DNA of 64,000 nucleotides from Actinomycetota bacterium. GTDB taxonomy: Bacteria > Actinomycetota > CADDZG01 > JAHWKV01 > JBOGWP01. Below the pieces are notes generated by a model. The model ran no database searches. It worked only from the letters and a program-made list of their open reading frames with translations, and was not told the origin of the DNA. Within the stretch, counting starts at the first letter, position 1; each line of letters starts with the position of its first letter. Positions 16,837 to 24,877 of this stretch are shown one piece after another. The position numbers were made by a program, and so were the translations under genes. The stretch covers positions 9,232 through 73,231 of the forward strand of contig JBOGWP010000095.1 in the NCBI GenBank assembly GCA_050693875.1. Direction: 5' to 3'.

Positions 16837-18627
16837 GTGGCTACCGACGACACTGGCCCTCACGAGCACATCGATATGACGTCCGCCCCGCCGGAGGAGG
16901 CCGAGGGGCGCGAGGTCCGACCCCCGATCGAACGACCCGAGCGGCCGCGGCGGGCTCCGTTGCCGCGATCCGGCGACATCCTACCGGGAGGTCCGGAGCG
17001 CGGTGATGCTCCGGGACGTCGCAAGTGGCGAAGGGCAACCCCCGAGCCCCCGCCGCCGGCTGCGCCGCCGCTCCGCAGAGCCGAGCCTCGTCCGAGCCAA
17101 CCACGGCCACGCACCGGGGCCCCCCCGCCTCCGCCATCGAGCCCGACACAGCCTCCCAGCCAGTCGCCACCGGAAGGAGGCCGATGGCCGGAAAGCCCTC
17201 CGCCAGCCCGACTCGATCCCCTCATCGGCCGGCCGTCTGCCCCGGAACCTCTCCGAGAGAGCCCGCTGCCGCCACCACCGGCTCCGGCCAGCTTGCCGCC
17301 GATCGCCCCTCCCTGGGAGGCTCCTCGCCGGTCCGAAAGCTCATTCCCCCCCGGCGCGGGCGGGCCGCCCGCAGCCCACCCTACCCCCCGTGACGAAGGA
17401 CCCCCCTCTGCCCCCCCGCCACCCTCCGGCCAGCTGCCGCCCTCCGGCTACCCCCCACCGCCGAGCGCTCCCCCGCCCGGCAGCGCCGTGCCTCCCGCCG
17501 GCCCGCCGCCCACCGGCCCGTCGCAAGAGCCTCCCCCCCCACCGCCCGGCGGAGACCGCCCGTCCTGGCCGGGGCCGCCGCCACCGCCGACCGGTCCTCC
17601 CGGGCCTGGTGGACACTCGGGTCCCTCCGGGCCGCCTGGAGGAGTTGGACCCAGCTGGCCCGTGCCTCCCTCCGGGCCGGGGGGTCCCCCGCGCGGGCCG
17701 GAAGGTGGGGCGCCCCCGCTCTTCGCCCGTGGGGTCGGCGACCTGCTCGACGCAGCGATCACCCTCTACCGGAGCCACTGGAAGCTCTATATCGGGATCA
17801 CCGCCATCGTGCTCGGCCCCTTCCTGCTGCTGCAGGCGATCGCGGTCCAAGCCGCGGTGGGGCCAGTCGGTGAGCTCAACTCCACCCTCGGCGGCCGGTT
17901 TGGCCCCGGCATCCAGCCCACCACCACGGCCCTTCCGGGGTTCATCGCCCGCATCGTTGGTGTGGCCGCGGTCTTCGGGCTGCTCAACTTGCTGATCGTG
18001 CTTCCGTTCCTGGCCGCCGCGACCGCCCGTGCGACGGCGCAGATCTATCTCGGGTCCGAGCCGACCGTCGGCGACGTGTACCGCTTCGCCCTCAGCAAGC
18101 TGGGCTCCGTGCTTTGGGTGACCATCCTCACCGGACTCATCTGGTTGGGGCTGATCCTCGGCGTCGGGGTTGTGCTGGCGATCGTCACATTCGTGCTCCC
18201 CAGCCCCTTTGACGGCTTGCTGGGAGGCCTGATTGGCTTGGCGGCCTTCGTAGGATTCGTGATCGTGTTCATTCGCCTCGTCTTCGGGACGACCACCGTC
18301 GTGGTCGAGGATCGGCGAGGAGTGGATGCGATCAAGCGCTCCTGGGAGCTGTCTGCCGGCTTCTTCTGGAAAATCCTTGGGATGTCGATCCTCGCGGGCA
18401 TTCTCACGGTCATCGCCGCCTTCATCGTGCGGATTCCCTTTTCCGTGTTGGGTCGTGTTCTCGGCGGCGCGGGATGGTTCGTCGAGGGCCTCGGGCAAGC
18501 AGCCTCGCAGGTCGTGGTAAACCCCTTCTCGCTGATCATCATCGTGCTGCTCTACTTCGACATGCGGATCCGCCAGGAGGCGTTCGACCTCACCTTGATG
18601 GCGCAGGAGCTGCAACGCCCGGTGTGA
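16837..18627 (+). CDS. Membrane protein with a ~250-aa proline-rich N-terminal region and a C-terminal polytopic domain (GPDPase-membrane-domain-like)
   Basis: GTG at 16837 with a GGAGGGA Shine-Dalgarno 7 nt upstream. The N-terminus is PPPP/PPSG/PGGP low complexity. The C-terminal ~290 aa contain six hydrophobic helices (LYIGITAIVLGPFLLLQAI...). Its stop overlaps the start of the DUF4129 gene. Confidence 0.6.
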   Translation: MATDDTGPHEHIDMTSAPPEEAEGREVRPPIERPERPRRAPLPRSGDILPGGPERGDAPGRRKWRRATPEPPPPAAPPLRRAEPRPSQPRPRTGAPPPPPSSPTQPPSQSPPEGGRWPESPPPARLDPLIGRPSAPEPLRESPLPPPPAPASLPPIAPPWEAPRRSESSFPPGAGGPPAAHPTPRDEGPPSAPPPPSGQLPPSGYPPPPSAPPPGSAVPPAGPPPTGPSQEPPPPPPGGDRPSWPGPPPPPTGPPGPGGHSGPSGPPGGVGPSWPVPPSGPGGPPRGPEGGAPPLFARGVGDLLDAAITLYRSHWKLYIGITAIVLGPFLLLQAIAVQAAVGPVGELNSTLGGRFGPGIQPTTTALPGFIARIVGVAAVFGLLNLLIVLPFLAAATARATAQIYLGSEPTVGDVYRFALSKLGSVLWVTILTGLIWLGLILGVGVVLAIVTFVLPSPFDGLLGGLIGLAAFVGFVIVFIRLVFGTTTVVVEDRRGVDAIKRSWELSAGFFWKILGMSILAGILTVIAAFIVRIPFSVLGRVLGGAGWFVEGLGQAASQVVVNPFSLIIIVLLYFDMRIRQEAFDLTLMAQELQRPV

Positions 18628-19574
18628 CCGCCGCATCCCGTGGGCCGCTCGCCGGTACAACGCGCCGGCTCATCGCCGCCGGATGTTCGGTGGGGCTGGT
18701 GCTGGTGCTGGCGTGGCCGGGCAAGGCGGACGCCCTCTCCCGCGACGAGCTGCTCTCCCGGATCGCGGCTGCGCGCGGCCTGGCAGCCGAGGGGGTCTCA
18801 GACCCTTCACCGGGGCGGATGGACGCGGTGCGCCGCACCCTCGGCCTTCCCGACTCGCTCGATCTCGACGAGGGGCGGCGCGTGACCATCGAGGCGGATC
18901 CTTATCTCGCCGGGATCCGCGGCGAGATTGGAGACGAGTTCCGCCGCGCGGGCGCGCACCTCGAGACGCTGGAGGCGGGTGTCCGCAGCACCGGAACGGG
19001 GTCCTTCGGCGATCAGCGAATCGCCTCGGCCCTGGCCCGTGCCTATGCGGGCGTGCGGACGCGCGAGAGCCTCTGGGAACGCCTCCGGGGGCTGGTCGCC
19101 CGCCTGATCGCGGCACTCCAGGAGTGGATCGCTCGCCACGTCGCGGGATCCCCGAGCAGGGCGGTGGCGTGGCTCATCGTGGGAGGAGTGCTCGTTGGGA
19201 TCGTTATCTTGCTTCGCCGTCTGAGGATCGTTCCGAATCGATCGGTCGCCCCGGTGACCGACGACGTCCGCGAGGAGCAGGACTGGCGGCGGCTGGCCGA
19301 GCAGGCCGAGACGAGCGGCGACCTCGGAGCGGCGTTGAAAGCCCGCTACCGGCTATTGCTTGCCGTGCTCGCGGCGCGGGGCATCCTGCGCGACGCGCCC
19401 AGCCTCACCGCGACCGAATGCCGCGCCTCGGTCCGCACGAAGCTGCCGCGAGCCTACCCCCCGGTGGCCGATGCCACCGACGCGTTCGAGCGCGTGTTCT
19501 ACGCCCAGGTCGCGCCCCGGGCCGAAGACCTCCGGACCATGCGAACGGCCGAGGAGGCGGCTCGGGCGGCATGA
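18624..19574 (+). CDS. DUF4129 domain-containing membrane protein
   Basis: GTG at 18624 overlaps the upstream TGA (GTGA). C-terminal TM plus ...ARYRLLLAVLAARGILRDAPSLTATECRASVR... matches the DUF4129 region. Confidence 0.7.
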   Translation: MTAASRGPLAGTTRRLIAAGCSVGLVLVLAWPGKADALSRDELLSRIAAARGLAAEGVSDPSPGRMDAVRRTLGLPDSLDLDEGRRVTIEADPYLAGIRGEIGDEFRRAGAHLETLEAGVRSTGTGSFGDQRIASALARAYAGVRTRESLWERLRGLVARLIAALQEWIARHVAGSPSRAVAWLIVGGVLVGIVILLRRLRIVPNRSVAPVTDDVREEQDWRRLAEQAETSGDLGAALKARYRLLLAVLAARGILRDAPSLTATECRASVRTKLPRAYPPVADATDAFERVFYAQVAPRAEDLRTMRTAEEAARAA

Positions 19575-20647
19575 AGGAGCGCTTCCCCATCCTGCCGGTG
19601 GTCGCCTTCGTGTTGATGCTGGTTGTTCTCACCGTCGTCGCCGGATCGCAGGGCGCCGGGAGCGAAGCCGGACCCGGAGGCACGCTGGCCCTGCGCAGGT
19701 TCCTCGCTTCGATGGGCCGCAGCGTGGAGCAGTCCGACCGGCTCCCGCCGCCGGGCGCCACGCTCGTGCTCCTCGCCGACCTCCGGGGTGAACAGGAAGC
19801 GCAGCGTCTGCTGCGATGGGTGGATCGGGGGGGCCGCCTCGTTCTCGCCCAGCCCCGGTCGGTGACGGCCCGGCAAGCCGGCGTCGCCGATGTTGGATTG
19901 CTCGGAGAGGGGGACCGGTCGGTCTCACTGCGCCCCGGCTGTGCCGCGCCGGTGGGCCTGGCCGCGCGGCAGATCGTGGTCGAGTCGGCCGACCTTGCCC
20001 TGCGGGCCCTCGACCCTCGCTCGATCGCGTGCTTTCCGGCGGCACAGGGTTCGTTTCTTGTGACGACCCAGCGCGGCCAGGGGAGCGTCGCCGTGCTCGG
20101 CGGGCAGTCTCCGCTTGTCAACGCCCACCTCCTGGAGGCGCACAACCCGCGCCTGGCGCTGGCGCTGCTCGGCGATCGCCGTGAGGTCGTCTTCGGGCCC
20201 GCGCTGGCCACCGGCGCCGAGGCTCCACGACAGGGGGTGTGGGAGGCGCTGCCGGGCCCGGCGAAGGCCGTGGTGATCCAGATCGTTCTGGCCACGCTGG
20301 TCTTCGCGGCGGTGCGCGCCCGGCGCCTCGGCCGCCCCGTCCTCGAGGAGCCGATCTCGCCGATCCCGGCCGGGGAGCTCGTGCGCGCCACCGCGCGCCT
20401 GTACCAGAACGCCCAGGCGGCGCCCTTCGCGGCGGACCTGATGCGGAGGGGTGCCCGCCGCCGGCTGGCGCGGCGCTTCGGTCTTCCGGCAGGCTCGGAC
20501 CCGAGCGTTCTCCTCGACTCCGCCGGAGCCGAGGGGTCGCGGGTGCATGAGCTGCTGTCGAACCGGAAGCCGGCAGGAGACGAGGAGCTGCTCGAGATCG
20601 GCCGGAAGCTGGAGTCCGCAGTGCGGGAGGCTGCCTTGCGACGATGA
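19571..20647 (+). CDS. DUF4350 domain-containing protein
   Basis: MKERFPILPVVAFVLMLVVLTVVAG signal-anchor. ATG overlaps the DUF4129 stop (ATGA). Confidence 0.7.
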   Translation: MKERFPILPVVAFVLMLVVLTVVAGSQGAGSEAGPGGTLALRRFLASMGRSVEQSDRLPPPGATLVLLADLRGEQEAQRLLRWVDRGGRLVLAQPRSVTARQAGVADVGLLGEGDRSVSLRPGCAAPVGLAARQIVVESADLALRALDPRSIACFPAAQGSFLVTTQRGQGSVAVLGGQSPLVNAHLLEAHNPRLALALLGDRREVVFGPALATGAEAPRQGVWEALPGPAKAVVIQIVLATLVFAAVRARRLGRPVLEEPISPIPAGELVRATARLYQNAQAAPFAADLMRRGARRRLARRFGLPAGSDPSVLLDSAGAEGSRVHELLSNRKPAGDEELLEIGRKLESAVREAALRR

Positions 20648-20666
20648 AGACGCCAGAGGAGACGAG

Positions 20667-21641
20667 GTGAGGATCGATCCGGCAGAAGAGCAGGCCGTGG
20701 AGGCCGGCGCGCTGACCCGCGTGCGCGCCGAGGTGTCGAAGGCCGTGTTCGGCCAGGATCCCGTGATCTGGGGCCTTCTCGCCGCGCTGCTGGTTCGGGG
20801 GCACGTCATCCTGGAGGGCGTCCCTGGCGTGGCGAAGACACTGCTGGTCAAGGCGCTGGCGCGCTCGCTGGACCTGGGCTTCCGGCGGATCCAGTTCACC
20901 CCCGACCTCATGCCCTCGGACGTCACGGGCAACCTGGTGTTCGAGCAGTCCAGCGGCCAGTTCCGGTTCCGACCCGGCCCGATCTTCGCCAACCTCGTGC
21001 TGGCGGACGAGTTGAACCGCACACCCCCCAAAACCCAGGCCTCGCTGCTCGAGGCGATGGAGGAGCGCCAGGTCTCGATCGAGGGGGAGACCCATCCGCT
21101 GCCCAGCCCGTTCCTCGTCGTGGCGACGCAGAACCCGGTCGAGTACGAGGGGACTTACCCGCTCCCCGAAGCCCAGCTCGACCGCTTCCTGATGAAGCTG
21201 CGGGTGGCATACCCCGATCCGGGGGCGGAGAAGGCCGTGCTGCAGATGCACCACCAGGGGAAGGATCCGCACGATCTCGCCTCGCTCGGCGTGGCCCCCG
21301 CCGCGGGAGCCACCGACCTCGCCGCGTCGGCCGCCGGCGCCACCGCCGTCACCGTCGCCCCCGACATCCTCGACTACCTCATCGCCCTCGCCGGCGAGAC
21401 GCGTCGAAGCCCGTCGCTCACGCTGGCAGTCAGCCCCCGAGGCGTGGCCATGCTGCTCCTCGCCTCGAAGGCCTGGGCCTACCTCAGCGGGCGGGGGTTC
21501 GTGACGCCGGACGACGTGAAGGCGATGGTGAAGCCCGTGTGGCGCCACCGGGTCGTGCTCCGGCCCGAGGTCGAGCTCGAAGGGGCCAGCGCCGACTCGA
21601 TCCTCGACGCAGTCGTCGAGCGCGTGCGCGTGCCGCGGTAA
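20667..21641 (+). CDS. MoxR-family AAA+ ATPase
   Basis: Walker A (LEGVPGVAKTLLVKALA), Walker B (LADELNRTPPKTQASLLEAMEE) and sensor (VVATQNPVEYEGTYPLPEAQLDRF). GTG start with GGAG 6 nt upstream. The ORF-track ATG at 20451 adds shadow sequence. Confidence 0.9.
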   Translation: MRIDPAEEQAVEAGALTRVRAEVSKAVFGQDPVIWGLLAALLVRGHVILEGVPGVAKTLLVKALARSLDLGFRRIQFTPDLMPSDVTGNLVFEQSSGQFRFRPGPIFANLVLADELNRTPPKTQASLLEAMEERQVSIEGETHPLPSPFLVVATQNPVEYEGTYPLPEAQLDRFLMKLRVAYPDPGAEKAVLQMHHQGKDPHDLASLGVAPAAGATDLAASAAGATAVTVAPDILDYLIALAGETRRSPSLTLAVSPRGVAMLLLASKAWAYLSGRGFVTPDDVKAMVKPVWRHRVVLRPEVELEGASADSILDAVVERVRVPR

Positions 21642-21781
21642 GCGGCCCGTGGGTTGCTTGCCGCCCCCGCCTCCAACGCACGCCGATCTTTTCGCGGTGA
21701 GCGCCACATATGGCGGTGGGTGTGAGCGGAGCGGGCCGGGCGACCGTCGCCTGCACCTGGTAGGCGAATCGAGCCGCTGAG

Positions 21782-23095
21782 GTGTGGGTCGGCCGACGCC
21801 TGATTGCCGTGACTGCCGGCGCCGCGGTGGTCTCTGCGCTGCTCGTCGCGGCGTCCGGCGCCCTGCTGCCGATCGTGGTAGGCGTGAATCTCGTGATCTT
21901 CGCCGCGGCCGTCCTCGATGCCCGTCGCGCTCCGGAGCCCGCCACGCTCGGGGTTGCCCGAACCGCCCCGCCGGTCCTGGGGATCCGGCGCCCCGAGCAG
22001 GTCACGGTCACGCTGCATAATCCGACTCGCCGCCGGCTCTGGGTCTCGGTCCGCGACGCCACGCCGCCCTCGTTCCACCGCGACCCGCCGGCTCACCGGG
22101 TCGCGCTCGAAGCGGGCCGATGGGGTGAGCTCCGCGCCGAGGTCCGGCCGGATCGCCGAGGCCGCCACTCGATGGGCCCGGTGACGGTGCGCACGGCGGG
22201 GCCACTCGGTCTCGGCGGGCGGCAGGCCACGCTGCCGCTCGAGTCGGTGGTCAGCGTGTATCCCGCGTTGCCCGGCAGGGCCGAGGTCGAGCTGCGCCTG
22301 ACCCGAGCGCGTCTGCTGCAGGCCGGCGAGCGCTCCTCCGCGGTCCGCGGGGGCGGAACCGAGTTCGACTCGGTCCGTGAGTACCACCCCGACGACGAGT
22401 TCCGCCGCATCAACTGGCGTGCCACCGCGAGGGCGGCACGGCCGATCTCGAACATCTACCGGGAGGAACGCAACCAGCAGGTGATGCTCGTGCTCGACGC
22501 CGGGCGGTTGATGGCCGGGAGCGTCGAAGGCGTCTCGCGCTTCGAGTACGCGATCGACGCGGCGATGGCCCTCGCCGCGCTTGCCGCCCGCGTCGGCGAC
22601 CACGTCGGGATGCTCGCCTTCGGCCGCGACGTCGAGGCGATGGTGGCGCCCAGGAGCGGACGAGGGCATCCGCGTCTGATCCTCGAGACGCTCTTCGCGC
22701 TCGAGCCGCACCTCGACGCCCCGAACTACCGGCGGGCCTTCTCGACCCTGCTCACCCGCCACCGGCGACGCTCGCTGATCGTCCTGCTCACCGAGCTCGG
22801 GGAGGTCTCGGCGATGGAGTCGCTGTTCGAGGCGCTGCCGGCGCTCGCCGGACGGCATCTGGTGCTCGTCGGGTCGGTCACCGATCCGGCGCTGCAGGCC
22901 GCAGCGGCGGCCATCCCCGCGGACTCCGCCGGGGTCTACCTCAAGGCTGCCGCGGCCGAGGCGGTCGAGGCGCGTGAGACCGCGGCGGCACGGCTTGCGG
23001 GCCTGGGAGCCGTCGTCGTCGACCTACCACCGGGCAGGCTCGCCGGCCGGCTGGCCGACGAGTACCTGCGCATCAAGGCCCACGGCCGGCTCTGA
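21782..23095 (+). CDS. DUF58 domain protein (vWA-like, MoxR partner)
   Basis: N-terminal two TM, then ...EFDSVREYHPDDEFRRINWRATARAARPISNIYREERNQQVMLVLDAGRLM..., typical of DUF58. GTG start. Confidence 0.8.
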   Translation: MWVGRRLIAVTAGAAVVSALLVAASGALLPIVVGVNLVIFAAAVLDARRAPEPATLGVARTAPPVLGIRRPEQVTVTLHNPTRRRLWVSVRDATPPSFHRDPPAHRVALEAGRWGELRAEVRPDRRGRHSMGPVTVRTAGPLGLGGRQATLPLESVVSVYPALPGRAEVELRLTRARLLQAGERSSAVRGGGTEFDSVREYHPDDEFRRINWRATARAARPISNIYREERNQQVMLVLDAGRLMAGSVEGVSRFEYAIDAAMALAALAARVGDHVGMLAFGRDVEAMVAPRSGRGHPRLILETLFALEPHLDAPNYRRAFSTLLTRHRRRSLIVLLTELGEVSAMESLFEALPALAGRHLVLVGSVTDPALQAAAAAIPADSAGVYLKAAAAEAVEARETAAARLAGLGAVVVDLPPGRLAGRLADEYLRIKAHGRL

Positions 23096-24040
23096 TCCCC
23101 TCCCGCGTGGTCGGCCGATCAGGAACAGGACGTAGGCGAGGGTGACCGCCCCGCCGGCGGCGACCTCGAGCCCGTCGGGGAGTGGCGAACGCGTGAGGAA
23201 CCCTTCGATGAGCGCGGCGATGACGAACGCGGGGATCACCCCGATGACCACGAGCACGGCATCTCTGGACTCCTCGGCCAGCGCTCGCCCCCGCGGCCGG
23301 TCGCCGGGGTCGATGAGGGTCCATCCCATGCGCAGCCCAGACCCTGCCGCAATGCAGATCGCGGTGAGCTCGAGAAGCCCGTGCGGGAGGATCAGGGCCC
23401 AGAAGGCGCCGGCGTGGCCCGCTACCTGGAACGCGCCGGCCAGCATCCCGAGCAGCAGGGCGTTCTTGACGAGGACGTAGATCGTTCCGAGGCCGAGGCC
23501 GATCCCAAGCGCGAAGGAGGCGAAGGCGACCCCCACGTTGTTGACCAGGATCAGCGTCGAGAGCTCCGGCGGGGGGAGCCCGGGTTGCCCCCCGGTGCCG
23601 GCGCGGGCCGCGGCCTCGCGGGCGAAGGGTGGCAGCACTCCCGCCTGGGCCTCGGGCGAGAGCGCCACCCAGAGCTGGGTGGCGAGCGCGACGCCGGCCA
23701 GGACCGCGGCGGCGGTCAGGATGAAGGGCGCGGTCCGCCGCACCGCCTGGCGATACCGCACGGCGAAGAAGCGGACTGCGGCGGCAAAGCTGCGCGGCGA
23801 GGCCGAGTAGATGGCGCCGTGGGCCCGGGCCACGAGCCCGTTGAGGTACGACTCGAGCTCGCTGCCGGGGGAGGTGGTCTGGACCTCGGCGAGCTGGGCC
23901 GAGGCGCGCAGATAGAGCCGGATCACCTCCGAAAGCTGGGGGCCGGAGGCGCGGGCGAGCGACCCTCCCCCTCCTCGGCTTCGGCGCTCAAGCTGCTCCC
24001 ACTCCGGCCGATGTCTCGCGATATACGATTCGACGTCCAT
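23024..24040 (-). CDS. Stage II sporulation protein M-like (DUF95) integral membrane protein
   Basis: Polytopic membrane protein in the conserved position between the DUF58 and RDD genes. Its 3' end overlaps the DUF58 3' end convergently by 72 nt. Confidence 0.7.
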   Translation of the reverse strand: MDVESYIARHRPEWEQLERRSRGGGGSLARASGPQLSEVIRLYLRASAQLAEVQTTSPGSELESYLNGLVARAHGAIYSASPRSFAAAVRFFAVRYRQAVRRTAPFILTAAAVLAGVALATQLWVALSPEAQAGVLPPFAREAAARAGTGGQPGLPPPELSTLILVNNVGVAFASFALGIGLGLGTIYVLVKNALLLGMLAGAFQVAGHAGAFWALILPHGLLELTAICIAAGSGLRMGWTLIDPGDRPRGRALAEESRDAVLVVIGVIPAFVIAALIEGFLTRSPLPDGLEVAAGGAVTLAYVLFLIGRPRGRGSEPAVGLDAQVLVGQPAGEPARW

Positions 24041-24057
24041 TCGGGCAGGATACGGCC

Positions 24058-24828
24058 ATGGCCGGCACGCAGAGCGGCCCCCTGGGCCAGGAGGGCATCG
24101 TCACGCCCGAGGCGGTGGCGCTCCGCCTCGATGTGGCGGGGCTGGGGACCAGGATGATCGCCGCCCTCATCGACATGCTCATCCAGACCGGGGTGCTCGC
24201 GGTCACCGGCCTGCTCTTCCTGGGGGCCGGCTCTGCCCCGGGCATGCCCGGCCGAGTGCTGTTCGTCGCCTACCTGGTGCTCGCGTTCGTGATCCTCTGG
24301 GGCTACTTCCCGATCTTCGAGGGGCTCTGGCGCGGCCGAACTCCGGGGAAGCGCTCGCAGGGGCTCCGCGTGGTGGGCCTCGACGGGCAGCCCGCGACGC
24401 TCGGCGCCGTCCTGGTGCGCAACCTGGTCCGGCTGGTCGACTTCCTCCCGGCGTTCTACTCGGTCGGCTTCGTCACCGTCCTCGCCAACCGCCGGTCGCA
24501 GCGGCTCGGAGACATCGCCGCCGGCACCCTCGTCGTGCGCGAGCGACGTCTCCCGGCGCCGCGGCCGCTGGCGTCCGCGGGCCACGAGCCGGCCGACGAT
24601 ATCGGGCTCGACGCCTCCGCCCTCACGCCGCGCGACTACGAGATGGTTCGGTCGTTCCTCGACCGGAGGGAGGGACTGGCGCCGTCGGCGCGCGACGAGG
24701 TGGCGCGGACGCTCGCGTCGGCCCTGCGGAGTCGGGTGAGCGACGGCGGGAACCACTCGACCCATCCTGAGGTCTTTCTGGAGCTGGTCGCGCGCGCCTA
24801 CCGGCGGCGCTTCGGCTCGACGTCCTGA
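24058..24828 (+). CDS. RDD-family membrane protein
   Basis: RMIAALIDMLIQTGVLAVTGLLF...GRTPGKRSQGLRVVGLDG matches the RDD signature. Confidence 0.75.
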   Translation: MAGTQSGPLGQEGIVTPEAVALRLDVAGLGTRMIAALIDMLIQTGVLAVTGLLFLGAGSAPGMPGRVLFVAYLVLAFVILWGYFPIFEGLWRGRTPGKRSQGLRVVGLDGQPATLGAVLVRNLVRLVDFLPAFYSVGFVTVLANRRSQRLGDIAAGTLVVRERRLPAPRPLASAGHEPADDIGLDASALTPRDYEMVRSFLDRREGLAPSARDEVARTLASALRSRVSDGGNHSTHPEVFLELVARAYRRRFGSTS

Positions 24829-24877
24829 GGATCCGGCGCCGCGAAGCTCGTCCCGGGCCGGTCCGGCGCCGGCTTGC

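Noticed and set aside
20451-20666. ATG at 20451 as the MoxR start, and ATG at 20644 (M-K-T-P-E-E-T-R-stop)
   Set aside because: The 20451 start adds 72 residues of low complexity overlapping the DUF4350 gene. The 20644 ATG opens a 9-codon ORF. The GTG at 20667 has a GGAG Shine-Dalgarno and sits just before the conserved AAA+ N-terminus.
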